A DNA stretch of 63,848 bases, counting the filler, from Basidiobolus meristosporus CBS 931.73 (lineage: Eukaryota; Fungi; Basidiobolomycota), in assembly GCA_002104905.1 (NCBI GenBank). It is 4 parts of 4 records of this genome, joined end to end, with 100 filler letters (N's around TTAATTAATTAA, not from the genome) between each part and the next. Parts side by side here need not be neighbours in the genome. Positions count along the whole stretch, not along the records: positions 56,614 to 63,848 come from MCFE01001356.1; 3 more parts are not named here. One strand, given 5' to 3'. Under the pieces are notes generated by a model. It was not told where the DNA came from and searched no databases. It was given only the letters and a program-made list of their open reading frames with translations. Below are positions 62,093 to 63,848 of the stretch, piece after piece. The translations under genes and the position numbers were made by a program. Every line of letters starts with the position of its first letter. The first letter of the stretch is position 1.

Positions 62093-63440
62093 TAAGTTTC
62101 ACCCCGCACAGTTTGGCTTTGCTCCTAGCCTCTCCTTGGAATATGCAGTCATACTTAGCCAAGATTATTCTCTCTAGTGCAAGTATCCCTCTGCTCTGTT
62201 TGATATTACCAAGGCCTTTGATTCAGTTGACAGAAACCTGCTTTGGTCCAAGCTACAATGCTTCTCCAGTACATCTCCCACCCTCCTTGTCAGGTCTCTG
62301 TTTTTGGATCCACAAGTAAGGATTCTGCACCCAAGTGAGCAATTAGCTGTGTTCTCAGTTCCTAATGGAGGGGTTCAAGGCTCTGTGCTTGGCCCTATAC
62401 TGCTTGCTATCATCCTGAATGATTTCCCAAGACTCTCAGCTGGCTGCCTGGTTACTCTTTTTGCTGATGACAACAGTATATCCTCCTCCAATGTGCAACA
62501 AGACTCCCATGCCATCCACCAGTATCTGCAGAAGAATAATCTCCAGCTTTCCATTGCAAAGACCATACCTGTGGGTAGTCCTATCAACTTAGAGAACTGC
62601 ACTCTACCTGCACAGGTTTCTGCTACATATCTTGGCTTTCCATTCCTTCCTACTGGACTAGACTCTGGAGCACACCTGAAGAAGAGAATTATCCTGGCAT
62701 GACAGGCACTCCACAAGCTACTGGCTGTTACTCCTCCTACAACTTCAGCTCCCACTGCCTCCTTCTTCTCAAGCAGTTTGTCTTTCCTGTCCTGGAATTT
62801 GGCTTACCACTTCTCTCTCTTACTTCTAGCAACTGCACTAAGCTTGACAAGTTTGCAGTCTGATGTATTACCTCCTTGGTGCCTCATCTGCCTGAATGCC
62901 CCTACAGACATGCTATTCTTGGTGCTTTTGGGTTTATGCCCTATAGGAACAAACTTCTCTACCTTAGAACCAGACTATATCTTGGAATTCACCACTTCAA
63001 CAACCCACTTGTGAAGGCCTGGAAGAGAACACACCACACTACACCTAGCTTCTGCTGGAGAACAATACATTGAGATCATGAAGTCAAGAAGTTTGCTCTT
63101 TATATTCTGCAGTCCAAAAAACCCAAACTGGCCTACCTAATGTACTTGACAGACCTTGTAAGCAATATCTGAAGCAGCACACTCCCTATATGATGAATAT
63201 CAATCCTTATCATATTCTCCTCATTGATGTTGTTCACAAATCATACTTACCCCACTTGCTACCCCCCTTCCCACTGAACAGTGTCTTGAGCACTGAAGAA
63301 CTATCATCACTTCTTGGTAACTTAACTACAAATTCCCATCAGCTACACACTCTTGTACCAAAGCTACAACAGTAGTGCTGGCTTCTTTGTTTCAACTGAG
63401 ATAAAGATTTCACCTGTTGATGACTGTCTTCCCCTAACCC
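62093..63440 (+). mobile_element. Telomere-type RT cassette, subfamily B, 5'-truncated and decayed
   Basis: Colinear with the reverse complement of 26091-27445 (QGSVLGP, LFADD, YLGFPFL); double-hairpin end followed by CCCCTAACCC. Confidence 0.9.
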
Positions 63441-63467
63441 AAATTATTTTTTATAGGGTTCCCCTGA

Positions 63468-63848
63468 CCCTAAGATTTCACCTTTTGGTGATTATCATCC
63501 CGCCTAACCCTTATCAATGTTGTTCAAAAATCATTCTTGTCCCTCTTGCTACCCCTCTTCCCACTGAACATTGTCTTGAGCACTGTGAACTATAATTTAC
63601 CCTTGTTAACTTACCTACAAGTTCCCCTCAGCTAGACACTCCTGTATTAAGACTGTGACAATAGTGCTGTCTTCTTTGTTTCAGCTGAAATAATGATTTC
63701 ACCAGTTGGTGACTGTTTCCCCCCTGGCCCTAATTGGTCAGATTTGCCTGGTATATTTGACTGGTGATTGCTCAGAAGTTCCCCTCAGTTCTCTCACTCA
63801 ACTGGCCATTCTAGCCACAATTCAGCTACCACAAACCAGTATAACTTA
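63468..63848 (+). mobile_element. Array continuation: ORF1-type end (63468-63511), RT-B 3' fragment (63512-63727), SINE-like internal fragment (63731-end)
   Basis: Each piece matches the corresponding cassette in contig 2; junctions are CCCTAACCC or CCCTAA. Confidence 0.82.

Overview
Eukaryotic, repeat-rich DNA, most likely from a fungus. Non-Dikarya affinity is only a tentative impression from the PTR2, globin and ORF1-like proteins. The window is four contigs joined by artificial 100-nt N/TTAATTAATTAA/N linkers (23467-23566, 42841-42940, 56514-56613), so adjacency across linkers is not biological. Contig 2 ends in a (TTAGGG)n telomere. Host genes are intron-poor: POT/PTR2 peptide transporter, GT34 glycosyltransferase, proline-type amino-acid permease, secreted YcaC-like hydrolase, a Gly/Tyr-rich repeat protein missed by the ORF track, a protoglobin-like gene, and ZIP and Kelch-SNF2 pseudogenes. 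Ty1/copia, CACTA-like and Harbinger-like relics show CpG-deamination decay. The main observation is a modular telomere-associated retroelement system in four head-to-tail arrays (1-1697, 25859-29150, 38186-42840, 62093-63848). It has three kinds of cassette: (i) non-LTR-type RT cassettes of two subfamilies with no visible endonuclease, (ii) an ORF1/Gag-only cassette, and (iii) a ~525-nt non-coding cassette with a tRNA-like A/B-box head that carries CCCTAACCCT where the anticodon arm would be. All end in the same covarying double hairpin plus a pyrimidine/CCCTAA tail, and cassettes are usually joined through telomeric repeats or a TAGGG-like seed. In contig 2 every cassette has its 5' end toward the telomere, as expected for reverse transcription primed on the G-rich chromosome end.
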